Origin: Syncephalis fuscata S228
Taxonomy: Eukaryota; Fungi; Zoopagomycota
Assembly: GCA_025786725.1 (NCBI GenBank)
Contig: JAHLTZ010000008.1
Span: forward strand, 248,001 to 312,000
Length of the DNA: 64,000 nt
Direction: 5' to 3'
The notes under the pieces are model-generated. The model was not told the origin of the DNA. It made no database searches and saw only the letters and a program-made list of their open reading frames with translations. Made by a program: the position numbers and the translations under genes. Below, one piece after another: positions 25,978-38,551 of the stretch (positions are counted from its first letter, which is position 1; the number at the start of each line of letters is the position of its first letter).

Positions 25978-27088
25978 TTGCTATAAAATTATTGTATTTT
26001 TATTATTCATTAAATTACTTGTACAATTATTTCATATTGTAGATTGCAATCATCAATGCTATACAACATGACAATGATTAATTAATTACCACCATTAAAT
26101 ATTAATACAGTATAATTTATTATGCTGCTGTTATTGTTTAAGCTGAAAAGCAAAGTATATATTTATTATAACTACAAAAATAAATAACAAAATGAGATAT
26201 TACGACAATAAAATAAGCACGTATGCAATATTATAATTTAAATTTATTTAATATTGTTAGTAATATGCTATGTATTGTTACAACACCAGTGGTGCGTTGA
26301 TGTAACATTAATCAAGCAACCAAGAAATGAGAGAAAATATAAGAGATAGCTTAATTAGATGTTTTAGTATTAATTCAATAATGCTTATCAATATTAAATA
26401 GTGTACAAATATAGCTTGAATTAGCAGACTTTTAAGTCGCAGCTGTATAAATTCTCACAATAGGCTAATGAAAATTGGTGTAAGAAAAGTGTATATTTAT
26501 TATTGCTTGGGCTACATTATTAAGTAATCATAATATTGTTGAAACTATAATAAATATATATAGCATCCAATATGTGATGGAAAATTCTAAACACAATAAA
26601 TGCAACAAAACTTAATTAAAACTTTGTTTATTAATGTGATTTAGTGAATTGTAACAATATAACAACAAAAGAGTAATACAATGCTATATTGGTGTATGAT
26701 AGTTATAAATACATTCTAAGCTTCTTCTTAACCGCAATTAAGAAATAAACAAATAGCTTTTATTAATAATATATAATCAGTAGATGGTATACTGATAAAC
26801 AATATAATAAACAAATAATACCTACTTGAAGAGTAAAAATATATTATAGAGCAACATATTATGATAGATAGAGCGTATGCGTATGATGATTGTATTGTAA
26901 GTGAGCCGTCATTTCAAAGTCCAAGGCCTTTGAAGGTTGCACGATATATATAAATCAAATACACGTCTAGCTTACGTTCATTGTAACTACGCATTATGAT
27001 CATCTATCTTTTAGCAACGTATTATTGATATGAGTAGTTCTTGACAATCTAGCTATTGTCCTTTTCTTGTCTTATTTACTTATACACA

Positions 27089-28735
27089 ATGATTCATATC
27101 CCTATACTTGTTATTGGACGTGTTGCCGCATTTGCCGACAGCGACTCACTTGTTCTGCTTTCATGCTGCAGTAAATGGCTGCGGTATTGCGTTAGCCAAC
27201 ATAACAATATCTGGCATCAGCGATATAGGCAGTATTACAATCTTGCTGACGGCAACGAAATAAAATGGCTAGCCTGGTATGTGAAGACAGTGCGTGCATC
27301 GAAACTGTTGGCATTACAAACCAAGAAAACAGCTAGCATTACTCAATTGAGCAATCAGCATATCGAATGGTTTCATGCATTTTGCTATCGGCGTGCCACT
27401 GACGCAAACTGGCTTAAAAGCGCACCATATCCAGTTAAGGATTTAACGGAAGAAGAACCAGATAATACACGTTCTATTATATTGCAACGAATTGTTTATC
27501 ATCATACTGACATGCAGAAATGTTTCATTGCTGAGCAGTGTCAGCCAATAGGAGAGACATTTACCAAACGATTTTGGCGTTTGTGCAGATTATTTCACGA
27601 TAATGTAGACTATGTATCATACGCAGAACGATGCCTGATATCAGACAGATTTGTGGTAACTATTAGTAGACAAAAAAATAGCGTAACCTTTGTTCGTGGA
27701 AAAACATGTATTATTTCTATCTGGCCAGCGCATCTAGTTTCGGTCATGCGACCGCGTCAGTTTTCCTGTTCATGTGATAATGCAAGCATTCGTGGCCGCT
27801 GGATGATAGTTAATCATTTTGAGATTGCAGACAAAGTTATAGATAAATACATTGTATCAGAAAGGACGCGTGTTTTCGATCTTGCTAACGGTCAACAATG
27901 TATGGGTACTATTGCAACTTACGAAGGAGAGACTTTTTTATTGAGAGTTACTGAAAAAGCAGCAACTACACTTAGTAGAACATTATATCACTCAAACACC
28001 GCTACCACACTCAAATGGAAGGTATGGGAGTTTTCGAATTGTCATCTAGAATATGGTCCGCGCTGTCTAATGCAAGGAGAGATCCGCTTTAAGAAATCTG
28101 ATGACTCTGCAATTTTTGTTAGAAAACTAGATGATAATCGAGTTTTAATTGGAAATAATTCGCAGCTAGTTAATATATTGAGCGAAAATAGGGCAGATGA
28201 AATAAGCCTAGCCATGATTTCAACAGAATATAAATACTCAAACGTTTGCATTAAAAATGTAAAGCCCATCTGGACACGTAACGACCGTCTTTATGGCACG
28301 ATACCACTATTTGGTTCTAATCACATTCTTGTTAAATCTGAAAGTAGATTGGTGATTCACAGCATAATCGATGGTACTATAATAGCACGCATAGATGTAG
28401 AAACTTTAAGTTCGGCGCTTAATGTACAGCATCTGCTAGATATAGATAGTTATAATAACCTTCTTTCATTATATATGGGAAGATTCGTTCTTTTTGAATC
28501 TATGCACGACAAAACATTTATAGCAGTGGATTTAATTAATCCAAATCGTACTAGAAATTTAGGTATAGCAAATTCAGAGTATTTGTACAAAAAATCATTT
28601 ATACATCCAAATGTTGTTATAAGCTTTGATCACTTGCTTAGTAATATTTTATTACTAAATGATAATTTTAGCACAAGAAATGCGATGTTAATGGTAGACG
28701 GTGAAGACTATAAAATAATAGATTTGTCCTTTTGA
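27089..28735 (+). CDS. Lineage-specific F-box protein, type B copy 2 (tandem paralogue)
   Basis: Near-identical to B1 from about 240 bp upstream to about codon 195 (24089-24913 vs 26850-27674), and clearly divergent afterwards. Confidence 0.8.
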   Translation: MIHIPILVIGRVAAFADSDSLVLLSCCSKWLRYCVSQHNNIWHQRYRQYYNLADGNEIKWLAWYVKTVRASKLLALQTKKTASITQLSNQHIEWFHAFCYRRATDANWLKSAPYPVKDLTEEEPDNTRSIILQRIVYHHTDMQKCFIAEQCQPIGETFTKRFWRLCRLFHDNVDYVSYAERCLISDRFVVTISRQKNSVTFVRGKTCIISIWPAHLVSVMRPRQFSCSCDNASIRGRWMIVNHFEIADKVIDKYIVSERTRVFDLANGQQCMGTIATYEGETFLLRVTEKAATTLSRTLYHSNTATTLKWKVWEFSNCHLEYGPRCLMQGEIRFKKSDDSAIFVRKLDDNRVLIGNNSQLVNILSENRADEISLAMISTEYKYSNVCIKNVKPIWTRNDRLYGTIPLFGSNHILVKSESRLVIHSIIDGTIIARIDVETLSSALNVQHLLDIDSYNNLLSLYMGRFVLFESMHDKTFIAVDLINPNRTRNLGIANSEYLYKKSFIHPNVVISFDHLLSNILLLNDNFSTRNAMLMVDGEDYKIIDLSF

Positions 28736-28908
28736 TTGCTATTGCTTAAATTGATAAACACAACGTATACTTATTGTAACTACAAAAATAATTAACTAAA
28801 TGGTTACAACGACAATATAGTAAATGTTTACTTAGTATTCTGTTTTGTATTATAAATGCAAATCTATTTAATATTACAAGTAATAGACTGTGTGTAATTA
28901 AAGATGGA
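28648..28908. repeat. Inner inverted repeat (~260 bp; B2 3' end plus downstream), partner 38290-38551
   Basis: The coding end LLLNDNFSTRNAMLMVDGEDYKIIDLSF* and about 170 bp of 3' flank are near-identical to the reverse complement of 38290-38551. Confidence 0.93.
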
Positions 28909-29110
28909 CACCAGGCAAACTGATAATGGTTTATTTTGGTGGTTAAATAAATCCCTGTTATAATTTTACTTGAATGATTCAGTGACATCAACCAATGATC
29001 GTGTTATTTCGTCAGTTTGTTTACTTTCTTATTCACTCGTCGCTTTCTTATTCTTTCTCTTTCTTTTACTACTTATTAGGCGCGGTTTGATTGCCGCTAC
29101 TACAATCAAC

Positions 29111-30468
29111 ATGAATTATACATCAAATCTAGCGAAACATTTTACCAATACACCGCATCAGCGGCGAACACGCCTATCATTGGCCGCGCGTACATTTCAA
29201 CAACAAGATCAGCAAGAACAAGATCTAGCTGAAAATACATTAGCACCGCGACCTTCTTATGGACGTCCGAATAAACGTGCACGTCAAACAAATTTTACGG
29301 GCGATAAGGCGCTGGCCCGACAATCTGACTATAATAAGCTTAGTAGTGATCCGTTGTCAATCTTTGCACCTCAACTAGAACAATTATCGCGATCAGTAAT
29401 AGCGCTAGAAAGTAATTTCCAACATTTAGGTGGTATTAATGAAGCACTTACTACATTTAATGATGCATTTGATACTTTTCTTCGAGCAATGTCAATCAAT
29501 GCTCAGTGTGTTATATTCCCTGAAGTAAGTAGTTGCTATAATGCAGTGTAGATTTATTAATAGCTATCAGGCTCCCAATCCTTTATCATTTAAGCGACAG
29601 CCACAAGAACAGCCAGGTGTGTGGAATATGTTTATTCTGTAGAACTATTTAGTAATACAATATATAGAAGATGCAAATATGCTAGGCGCTAGTATTTATC
29701 CATCAACAGCGCAAACAGTCTTGTCATCTAGTGCTGAACCTGTTAATAATGATGAGGCTCATATTTGGCTAATTTAAGTTATGCACAGGATATTTCAACT
29801 GGAACATTTCTTGATAATACATTTGCATCGACTGAAGAAAGTGTAAAGTCAAAAATACCAGTTAGAAAGAAGCGTGCTGCTAAAGCTGCTCCGCCCGTAA
29901 GTCATTAATTTACATTAAAAAATGATCAAATATGTATATTAACTATAGATGATAGCCTAAACCATTCCCTATGAAAAAGCTTATTGAGGGATTACCGCTA
30001 CGTTATCGTGATAGTGTAAGTCTAGCTATTATTTGATACAGTCGTTGCTATAAAATAACAATAACAATAACAATGATATTAGCCACATCGCGATACAATT
30101 GAAATTATTGTAAAGGCACTTCATAGTGATACCGAGGGACTGTATCCTTTATTAATGAGCTATAGATGTGCACCATACAACATTTGTAGTTTATACTTGA
30201 CCATTTTTGTTATAGTTACATCCACCAGATTGTCAAGCTAGCAGACGTGGCTCGGCATCGATGTATAGAATATATGAACGCACTTGTACACAGTAAGAAT
30301 GTATTGAAGATATCGCGCAAGGTGCGACTTATTTATTAGCGCATACATCATGTGTGCCTTACACTACACTGTATGTGACCTGGCTAACACTGACGGATAT
30401 TGCAATAGGGTTTTCTTTACCAACTCGATCCGGTCAAGTATCCGCCTAACAAGATGCACCGTCGCTAG
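29111..30468 (+). CDS. DAM1: DASH complex subunit Dam1 with additional C-terminal globular domain
   Basis: PQLEQLSRSVIALESNFQHLGGINEALTTFNDAFDTFLRAMSINAQCVIFPE/AP matches the Dam1 core. Multi-exon, TAG at 30466-30468; one intron near 29757-29788 is unclear. Confidence 0.85.
30142..30215 (+). other. U12-type (minor) GT-AG intron in DAM1
   Basis: Donor GTATCCTTT, branch-like TACTTGAC at 30194-30201 about 15 nt before the AG; splicing is in frame (DTEGL|YIHQIV). Confidence 0.75.
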
Positions 30469-31216
30469 CTACCCTCCACAAATGATGGGCCGTTTTTATA
30501 GATTTCCGGCTGTATGATTATTGTATGGGTATATTGAGCGTGTTTGTAATAAAAACAAAGACTCGCATATAAGAGAAAAAGGCCAGCGTGTGGTAATGAG
30601 AAGGAAGGAGAGAAGGAAAATACTGATACAGAAACGAAAACACAAAAAAAAGAATGAAAGAATGAAAACGCCAACGAAACGATATATGTTTGTATGGTGA
30701 AGATGATATAGGTGGTAATAGTAGAGCGAGTGGGAAAACAAAGAAGTATGGCGAAATTAGATTGGCACAAAAGGGCAATCCAGTCCAGTGCGTACCGCCA
30801 TAAGAACGAAGAACAGCAATACCAAAGTAGTAGACTATTGCGACGTGATCGGCACGCAGTGGGCCTTAATAGCGCTTTAGTGGAAAACACTCAAAATTAA
30901 ATAAAATATAGAGCGCTCATGTACACAAGGAGAAGGAGTGAAGAGAGTATAGTAATGATACTAGAGAGAAGTTGTGAAAAATAAATGATAGGATTTAAGC
31001 GTTTATGCTGTGTATATATGATGTGCATATATAGTGTAAATAAAAAAGTACTTTAGCAATTCAACGTGTCGATGATGGAAGAATAAAGAATAGTTGAGGT
31101 AGGAAAGTACAATTTTATACTATACATATACAGCCATACAAAACAAGCATAAATACTATTGTTTTTGTATAATTGCTGAAAGCTAACGAGGTGCATTGAT
31201 TGTACCGCCACCCCGC

Positions 31217-33733
31217 TTAAAATTCAAGCTTCATTTGCATTTGACCGCTGACGACGTCAAGTTGAATAGAGACGCGCATAATTTGCTCGTCGCTCATTTG
31301 GGTGATGGTTGAATCCTCGACGCGAATGACAATACCGCTTTCTGTCTTGCGAACGACATCATGTACCGATTCCGGTTGGATGTTTAGCTTTTCGCACAAA
31401 CTTAAACGCAGACTCTCTTCGGTTAATTCGTCGAGGTAGCAGGCACGGTAGAATACATCGCCAGGAATAAGTGCGTAAATACAGAGTGCTAATAAATAAT
31501 AAATGTTAATTAAATCGTCTAATAGTAACAAGTGCAATATAACTACTTACCAGCTGGTTTTGTACGAGGACGTGGTGTGTAGCTTGGATCGACATCGAGA
31601 GCAGTGCGCATAATCGATTGACGATCTTCAGGTGTAGCAGCCATGGTGGGCGAAGCAGCACCAACACTGCTGCTGCTAACACCGCTGTTGCCGTTGTTAC
31701 TGCTGCTCGTAGCACCGCCACCTAGAACATCAGTGCGTTGCAAATGAGCATCCGGCTCAACGTGCAACAATGCGTGACGTGCATTGACTGCATTTGGATA
31801 GACTTGTTCAAGCTCGGCCTGTTCAAATGGCTGAACGTCACGGGCAAACACTGTGACAGGGAAGGTAGGCGGCAATGTGTCAATGCTTGGCCCACCGCGT
31901 TGACCGTTGCTGACGCTGGCCTTGCCACGCATGCGAATCATTAACTTTTCGCGATGGCGCATATCATCCTTGTTCTTGCGCTCGGCACCTTTATCACGGA
32001 ACAATTTAACAGCAGCAAAGGCACGTTCGGAAGCAGAAGCATCCTCATTTGAATGATGATGGCTGCTGCCGCCATGGCTATTGCCACTACCTTCGCCTGT
32101 ATAGATATGGGTTTCAGCGTGGATACGCATTGGAATACCTTTTACACCTTTAACACGCGTAAATTCGGTAGATAAGCAGTTAAGGCGAATCTGAACTGTT
32201 GCACCCTTTTGGCCATACCAGCGAACACGTACACGATCAAATTCGTATACGCCCATAGGCTGGCCATTTTCGTTGGAAAGAGCAGCGCTATTGACTTGCT
32301 CGGTACGTTTCGTATCAGAGCTGGCTCCAGTTGCACTCACCACACCATTGCTACCGGAAACGTTAATTTCAATAGCGCGGGCGTGATTTGGCGATGATTG
32401 TTGGCCAAGCCAATGGCTCCAGTAGGTACTGGCCAATCGGCGATGTGCTTTCTCATGGAACATAATACGTACAACAGTTTCCATAAGACAATCCTCCTTG
32501 ATCGTGTCAGTCAGTGCTAGGTTATAGTACTGGCCTTTGTTAATATACGTAAGGAAGCCTTGTTCAACACGTTGAGCTGCAGCTGTGGGTGCATCAAGTA
32601 CAACAGTATAACGCATTTGTGGATCCGGCTATAATAGTGGTGTAATAATAATTAATAAAAATATTAATAAAATAGTATTAAATAATTAAATAATTAATGT
32701 TCCACACTTACCACTGGCATATTCATGTGATGTGACACCGAGTTCGACATGTCCATTTGCGTACCGCGTGGATCCATTGGGCTTCCCATGAAACTACTAG
32801 AGTTGCTCATAGATGGCGAATCGCTCATCAATGGCACGGGCGATCCTTGACTAAGACACGGACGGGAAAAATCCAGACGCTGCTGCATATTTGGTGTAAA
32901 TGACGGAACGACCGTCGAGTAAGTAGGAATAGAAAGATTTGGACTGCCTTCAGGCGTGGGCGGCTGTACCATATAGGGTGGTGTTACCACAGAGGAACCG
33001 AAGGCATCAAAGGCATGTACAATCGAATTGGGCGCGCAGTTGGTCGTAGAAATTGCTCGATATGAGGGAAGCATGGCCGCCGACATAGCACGCTCGTCAA
33101 CCTCGGCGGCGGCAGCGGCAGCGGCAGCAGCAGTTGCAGCGGCTTCATTTTCCGATCCTGGATATCTATCATCCCGGAAAGCAATATTAGTAAAGTGTAA
33201 AAAGCATTTTTGGTGTGTACAAAAATAGCAATTGTCACTGATGTAAATTCAGACTCCGTCCAATCCTTTGCTTATTCTTTCCTTCCTTTCTTTGTTCTCA
33301 GCAAACCTACCTTGATTCCATCTCTTCTAGATACTGGCGAACATAGTCGGGCTGGCTATCCCACCCCATGGCCGAATGAGGACCCGACATGGATGGCTCC
33401 ATGTGGCCAGCATGTTCGGGGCGCACCATGTAGCCGCTGTTATGTTGAAGATAAGGCGGAGTAGTGCGATTGCAGTCGTCGACTGAGCCGTTTACTGAAC
33501 CGTAGTGCGAGCTAGGCAGTAAATGGTTAAGCTGTTTTAATGTATATTGCGGCTCGACGTCAGAGAAAACAGAGTGTTGTCTAGAATAAATGAAATATTG
33601 ATATGAATACACAAAGGATAGAAATGGTTGATCGGTTGGTTAGATAACCGGATAGACTAAGACGAAGTGCACTTCACACCCATACAAAAGTGTCTATAGC
33701 TACTTACGTGAACTCGCGTGGCGAAGAAGCCAT
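31217..33733 (-). CDS. Grainyhead/CP2 (LSF) family transcription factor, 5 coding exons
   Basis: RYTVVLDAPTAAAQ...LTYINKGQYY, CLSTEFTRVKGVKGIPMRI, VKLFRDKGAERKNKDD; C-terminal FYRACYLDELT...LCEKLNI domain typical of GRH. ATG at 33733. Confidence 0.93.
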
Positions 33734-36104
33734 TGAAATAAACTAATAGATACTACTACGCAATAAAACGAGGGACAATAATATTAAAGAATAAAAGCAA
33801 GGTTGCTCTTACAGACTTAATAGTGTAGGCGAGAGTAAAAAAGGTGTGAATATGTGTGGATGTGTGGATGATGTATTTGCAGCACTAAAGTTCTGATCTG
33901 TGTGGGTGCGGCAAATGTGTGTGTAGTTTATACGAAAAGTGGTCAACGGAACCGAAGAAGGTTACACATGAATGGTGTGTATAGAATGTGTCGATAATGG
34001 CAATAAGAATGGCAAGGCGTTCTGGACCAATGTCGACTCACCAAACAATCAATGACGAAAATGGGAAAATGGTTTAGAAAGCAAACGAATCTTCCTGCCC
34101 AATCGAACAGCGTGCTACCATGCGTAGGCGATGAAGCGAATCAGAATGATGGATTCAACACAGACAGATAGACAGACAGATAGGTAGAGAAAGAGACAGG
34201 CAAAAGACAACAAGGAATTAGCACACACACAGAAGCGGACAGAAAGAGTAATAGTAAGATGGTAGATAGTGGTAGAGAAATGCACGCACGTACAACTGCA
34301 CGCAGTATTGCACCCGATGCAGATAGAAAGGGGGAAGTGAGAGAAAGAGCGAATAGGCACACGCACACGCACACACACGTCGAGATATACCAAGTATATC
34401 TATAGAATCAATAGGAGAAAAGAAACTAGATACGGTTACCAACAAGTAGTATAACGAGATACAAAGTGTTTTTATAGGCTATCTAGACAAGGCACGTGGA
34501 TTCAGGGAATGAAATGGTGTTATAACGAACACAAACACGGAGAAACTAATAATAACGACGGTGATAATAGAGTGGTGAGACGTGGAGAAATAGTTGCTAT
34601 CTTGGCAGGGACAACATGCTTTTAAACCTGCCGCAGATATCCCCACCGACCACGGGATGGATTGTACGAGGAAGGTGTTAAGGAAGTGCTCTGGCACTAC
34701 GCATTACTGAGTATGGGTTAAGGAGGCAGCAACAGCAGGCACTACCAATGGCGATGATGATGCTGCTACTGAAGGGTGGAATACATCAATGCCTGGGCTT
34801 ATTTTCACCTTGCGTGTGGTAGCCCATCCATCGCTGTCGCTGAAGCCACACCCCGCAGTTCCGTATTGCCGTGCGGTCGCCTACATTCTGCTACTATTGC
34901 CACTATCGCTACCGCGATAATGATGTCTAACATGGCAATTATGGTTGAATTGAGGAGCGCGTGACTTGCTGTAGACAGCGTGAAACGCCACGGCTACTTG
35001 CACCGAAAATTTGCAACAACGACGCGTGGGTTTACCTTTTTTGTCCATCTCTTTCAACCATTCGGTAGGAATTCATCAAACAAAGCAGTGATGATGCTGG
35101 TAACAGGACCATGTTGCAACGGCACCATTTCTTTCAAGTAAGTTTCTGGTCATGCTTCATTAACGGCGCCGCCAGTGTACCTAGTTGGGTTTCACTATAA
35201 CCATGCTAATAACAAACACATTTACAAGCATGTCTCGGTTAGTGGTGGAGGCACATGGCCGTACAAGTTTGCTTGATTAGCTTTTTGTTTGATCCAATAG
35301 TAGTTTGCTACTAAAAGAATAAACCAACATCTTCTATCAAATTATTCCAAGGCCTTTAAACTGGCCCATCCGCACTGTAAAGTGCAAAGTGCTTTAATCC
35401 AAAACTCTACCAAGCCTGTACATATCCCGTGTATCAGCATGTTAATAGAATGGTTTTGAAACATGATTCGGTTTATTTCAATGTTTCCTTGGTTCATCTA
35501 TTTAGAATACATAAACTATATTAAAAATAAACATGCTAATAGCGATACTAATATTAACCAGCGCTGCTTTGTTATTCTTTGTTTTTCCATACTATTACCG
35601 ACCTCAAAGGTACTTTTCTGTACACCTTCCATGCAAGATACGTCATTTACAGGCAAACGAAATGTTCCACGTGTAAGGTCATTCATTCGTCTTGAATTGT
35701 TGTTGTTATGCTTTAGTGATCGTGCACCGTGCTATCGCTCCTTGAATTGGCTCAATAGCAATGAGGGCGACTAGTCGACTGATGGTCGGACTGTTACGCG
35801 ATTACACCAAAAATTGCTACAATAACAATGATCATAATCATAGTAATAATAACAAACAATAGTACATGTATTCAATCATTTGATCAACATTTGGCCTTGA
35901 CGCATGACACGTGTTCATTGGTAAAATTCAATGAACAATGTAATGCCGGTCCTGTGTCTACAAAAGTATCAGTTGGCCACGCAGCTACTCTATAACATCA
36001 TTTTATGACATCATTTTATTAGTTTGTATTCATAGCATGATCAATTTATTTCAAACAAATGCAGCATTACCATCATATGATTATGTTTACGCAGGGTATG
36101 CTAT

Positions 36105-36116
36105 ATGTGCGTGTGT

Positions 36117-36155
<39 letters not shown>

Positions 36156-36162
36156 TGTATGT
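36105..36162 (+). repeat. (TG)n microsatellite
   Basis: Imperfect run of more than 20 TG units, seen directly. Confidence 0.95.
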
Positions 36163-38289
36163 ACAGCCTTGAACGACCTTGTCGCATGTTTCAACGGCTG
36201 CATAAGCACTCCATGTTTCATTTTGCTCAGTCGCAGTTACAGTTTTTGTCCATCTGTTCACGACTGGGGACCACGATCATTGGACAACACTGTTCCTGGG
36301 ACAATGAGAAAAGCAAGCGAGATCTCCATCTATGACCGAGTAGATGGACATGTGGACACGAAAAAGCCCTTTTGCACTCTTTGTCTTTCTTGCTTATCGC
36401 TTGTTCAATAAAGACAGACGACGCGGAATACATCGTCACAAAAGGTTAGCCATTGGCTAAAAGGTTCTTTTGACCGGGTGGCAAAGCACCAATCAATTAT
36501 CATTTACTACTAGCGTGTTTGATCGATCACACTTTTACGAGTTCCTTATTTGGTAGTTTTAATTCATTTGCTTTTACTTCGCGCCGCGACAACAATTATT
36601 CCAACCACGCAGAAAATGGATTCATCGCTGATGAACAGACAGACGGAATAGCCAACCAACGAGAAGCCGAGGCCCCACGAGAGACAGCACGAGCAGCATT
36701 AGGTGTGTTCCATGCAAACGGCCATGGGGTGTTCATCGCAAAAAACCTGTTTTGTGGTACAACGTCTGGCATGCGGAATTGATCGAATGAAGAATTTTGA
36801 TGAATGAATAAATGTTGTTCATATTAGTTAGTTATGATGCTACTAATGGCAATACTGGTGCGATAAAATCAGTGCAATGCTGACCACATGCTTAATGATG
36901 CGATTTGCCCCACTAAACTTGTTACTTGTAGCGATTCCACGCAGTTGCATCGTGTGCAGTCAAACTAGAATAGAGACTACCGCATGGATGGAATGGTAAA
37001 GCGTATGCAAGGCGCCATTTTCGATCAGTTTCAAAAATTGGCCATACCTATCCACTCGTACTCATAACCACACCGGTTATATGGCTACTAAAAGTTGGCA
37101 GATGTTATTATAGGAAAAAGATAAACAATCCCAAAGTACGCAATACAGGACTAGACAAGTGGCAAAGGCATAACCGGCTATTTTGCGATTAATTAGTTTT
37201 TGGTGCTGCAAAGCTGTTGTGGTGCTGCTTGCGAGGAAAGGCGGACTGCCATTGATGACAGAGATGGACTATTGATATCGAGTCGTGGGCGTGCGAGCGT
37301 TCGACAATGCACGACCAATGCTTGTGCAGAGGCTGTGATAGCTGTGTTCCTTAGCACAATCGTACTTGACTTATCGGGTGCTACTATGGACAATAAAAAT
37401 TTATGATCATATTTGTGGAGTTTACTGATATGAAAAGTGGACAATAAGCACCTTCCCAGCTACAACAAAGAATGCTGCAGCAAGGCAGCCGCACAAGGCG
37501 AGTGTCACCATTGCTGGTGCCCGCGTCACATTATTATTTCGGATGGAGAACAGGACTCTGCTATCGGCGTTGATGCCTAGCCGTGCGTGCAAAAAAGTTG
37601 CTTCCGCTAAACACCGATGAAGTTTTTCAAAGATATCAAAGCCAATGCAATGTTTTCCAAGAGAAAGAATGCTCAACCTTCGAAGGAATTGCAATTAGCC
37701 TTATGGGGTGGATAAATGGCAGCTTTTGCGTTTGAAATCAGCAGAACATTCATCACAATTTGTTGATTTGTACGTAAAAATATAGTATAGATTTCTGAAA
37801 TCCATCACATTGCGATTTCATATTTTATTGCAAGTTTGGAACTTGATTACAGTGTACATTTTAATCTGATAGTTCTCATATTGTTCAGTGTTCTAATTTT
37901 ATACTTGCTAAACTTTTGACTAGTTAAATATCTGTCAGCATAAATAACATCGTTACAATTATTAGCTATTCTGTAATTAGTAAATTAAGCTATTTTTCAT
38001 TCAACAAAACAATTATTTGTTTATTAGCAAAAAACAGTATAATTACACATACACCGTATTGCCTCAAGTCTGAATAGTCATATGCAAGCCTGTATTTATT
38101 CAATGTACAGTAAGATTACATTTTTATACACATTTAATGTATGCAATAACTAGATTGAGCTGTTCATGATAATATACTGCATCATATTGCACTCCATGTT
38201 AGCCAAATAAAATATTTTTGATATTTAATTATTGTCATATTATTCGCCTTTAAAGTTTACTTTATACTAAATAAATGATGCTAGCCACA

Positions 38290-38551
38290 TCCATCTTTAA
38301 TTATACACAGCCTATTACTTGTAATATTAAATAGATTTCGCATTTATAATACAAAACAGAATACTAAGTAAACATTTACTATATTGTCGTTGTAACCATT
38401 TAGTTAATTATTTTTGTAGTTACAATAAGTATACGTTGTGTTTATCAATTTAAGCAATAGCAATCAAAAGGACAAATCTATTATTTTATAGTCTTCACCG
38501 TCTACCATTAACATCGCATTTCTTGTGCTAAAATTATCATTTAGTAATAAA
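38290..38551. repeat. Inner inverted repeat, right copy (partner 28648-28908)
   Basis: Reverse complement of the B2 3' end and flank, with a few substitutions at the distal end. Confidence 0.93.

Noticed and set aside
30465-30900. Overlapping hydrophobic ORFs downstream of DAM1
   Set aside because: Low-complexity purine/pyrimidine-biased UTR sequence, open in several frames at once.
34115-37694. Short ORFs upstream of Grainyhead (e.g. 36037-36411, 34115-34393, 37422-37694)
   Set aside because: Several are microsatellite-derived (CV/TH repeats) and none has a recognisable domain or consistent exon chain.
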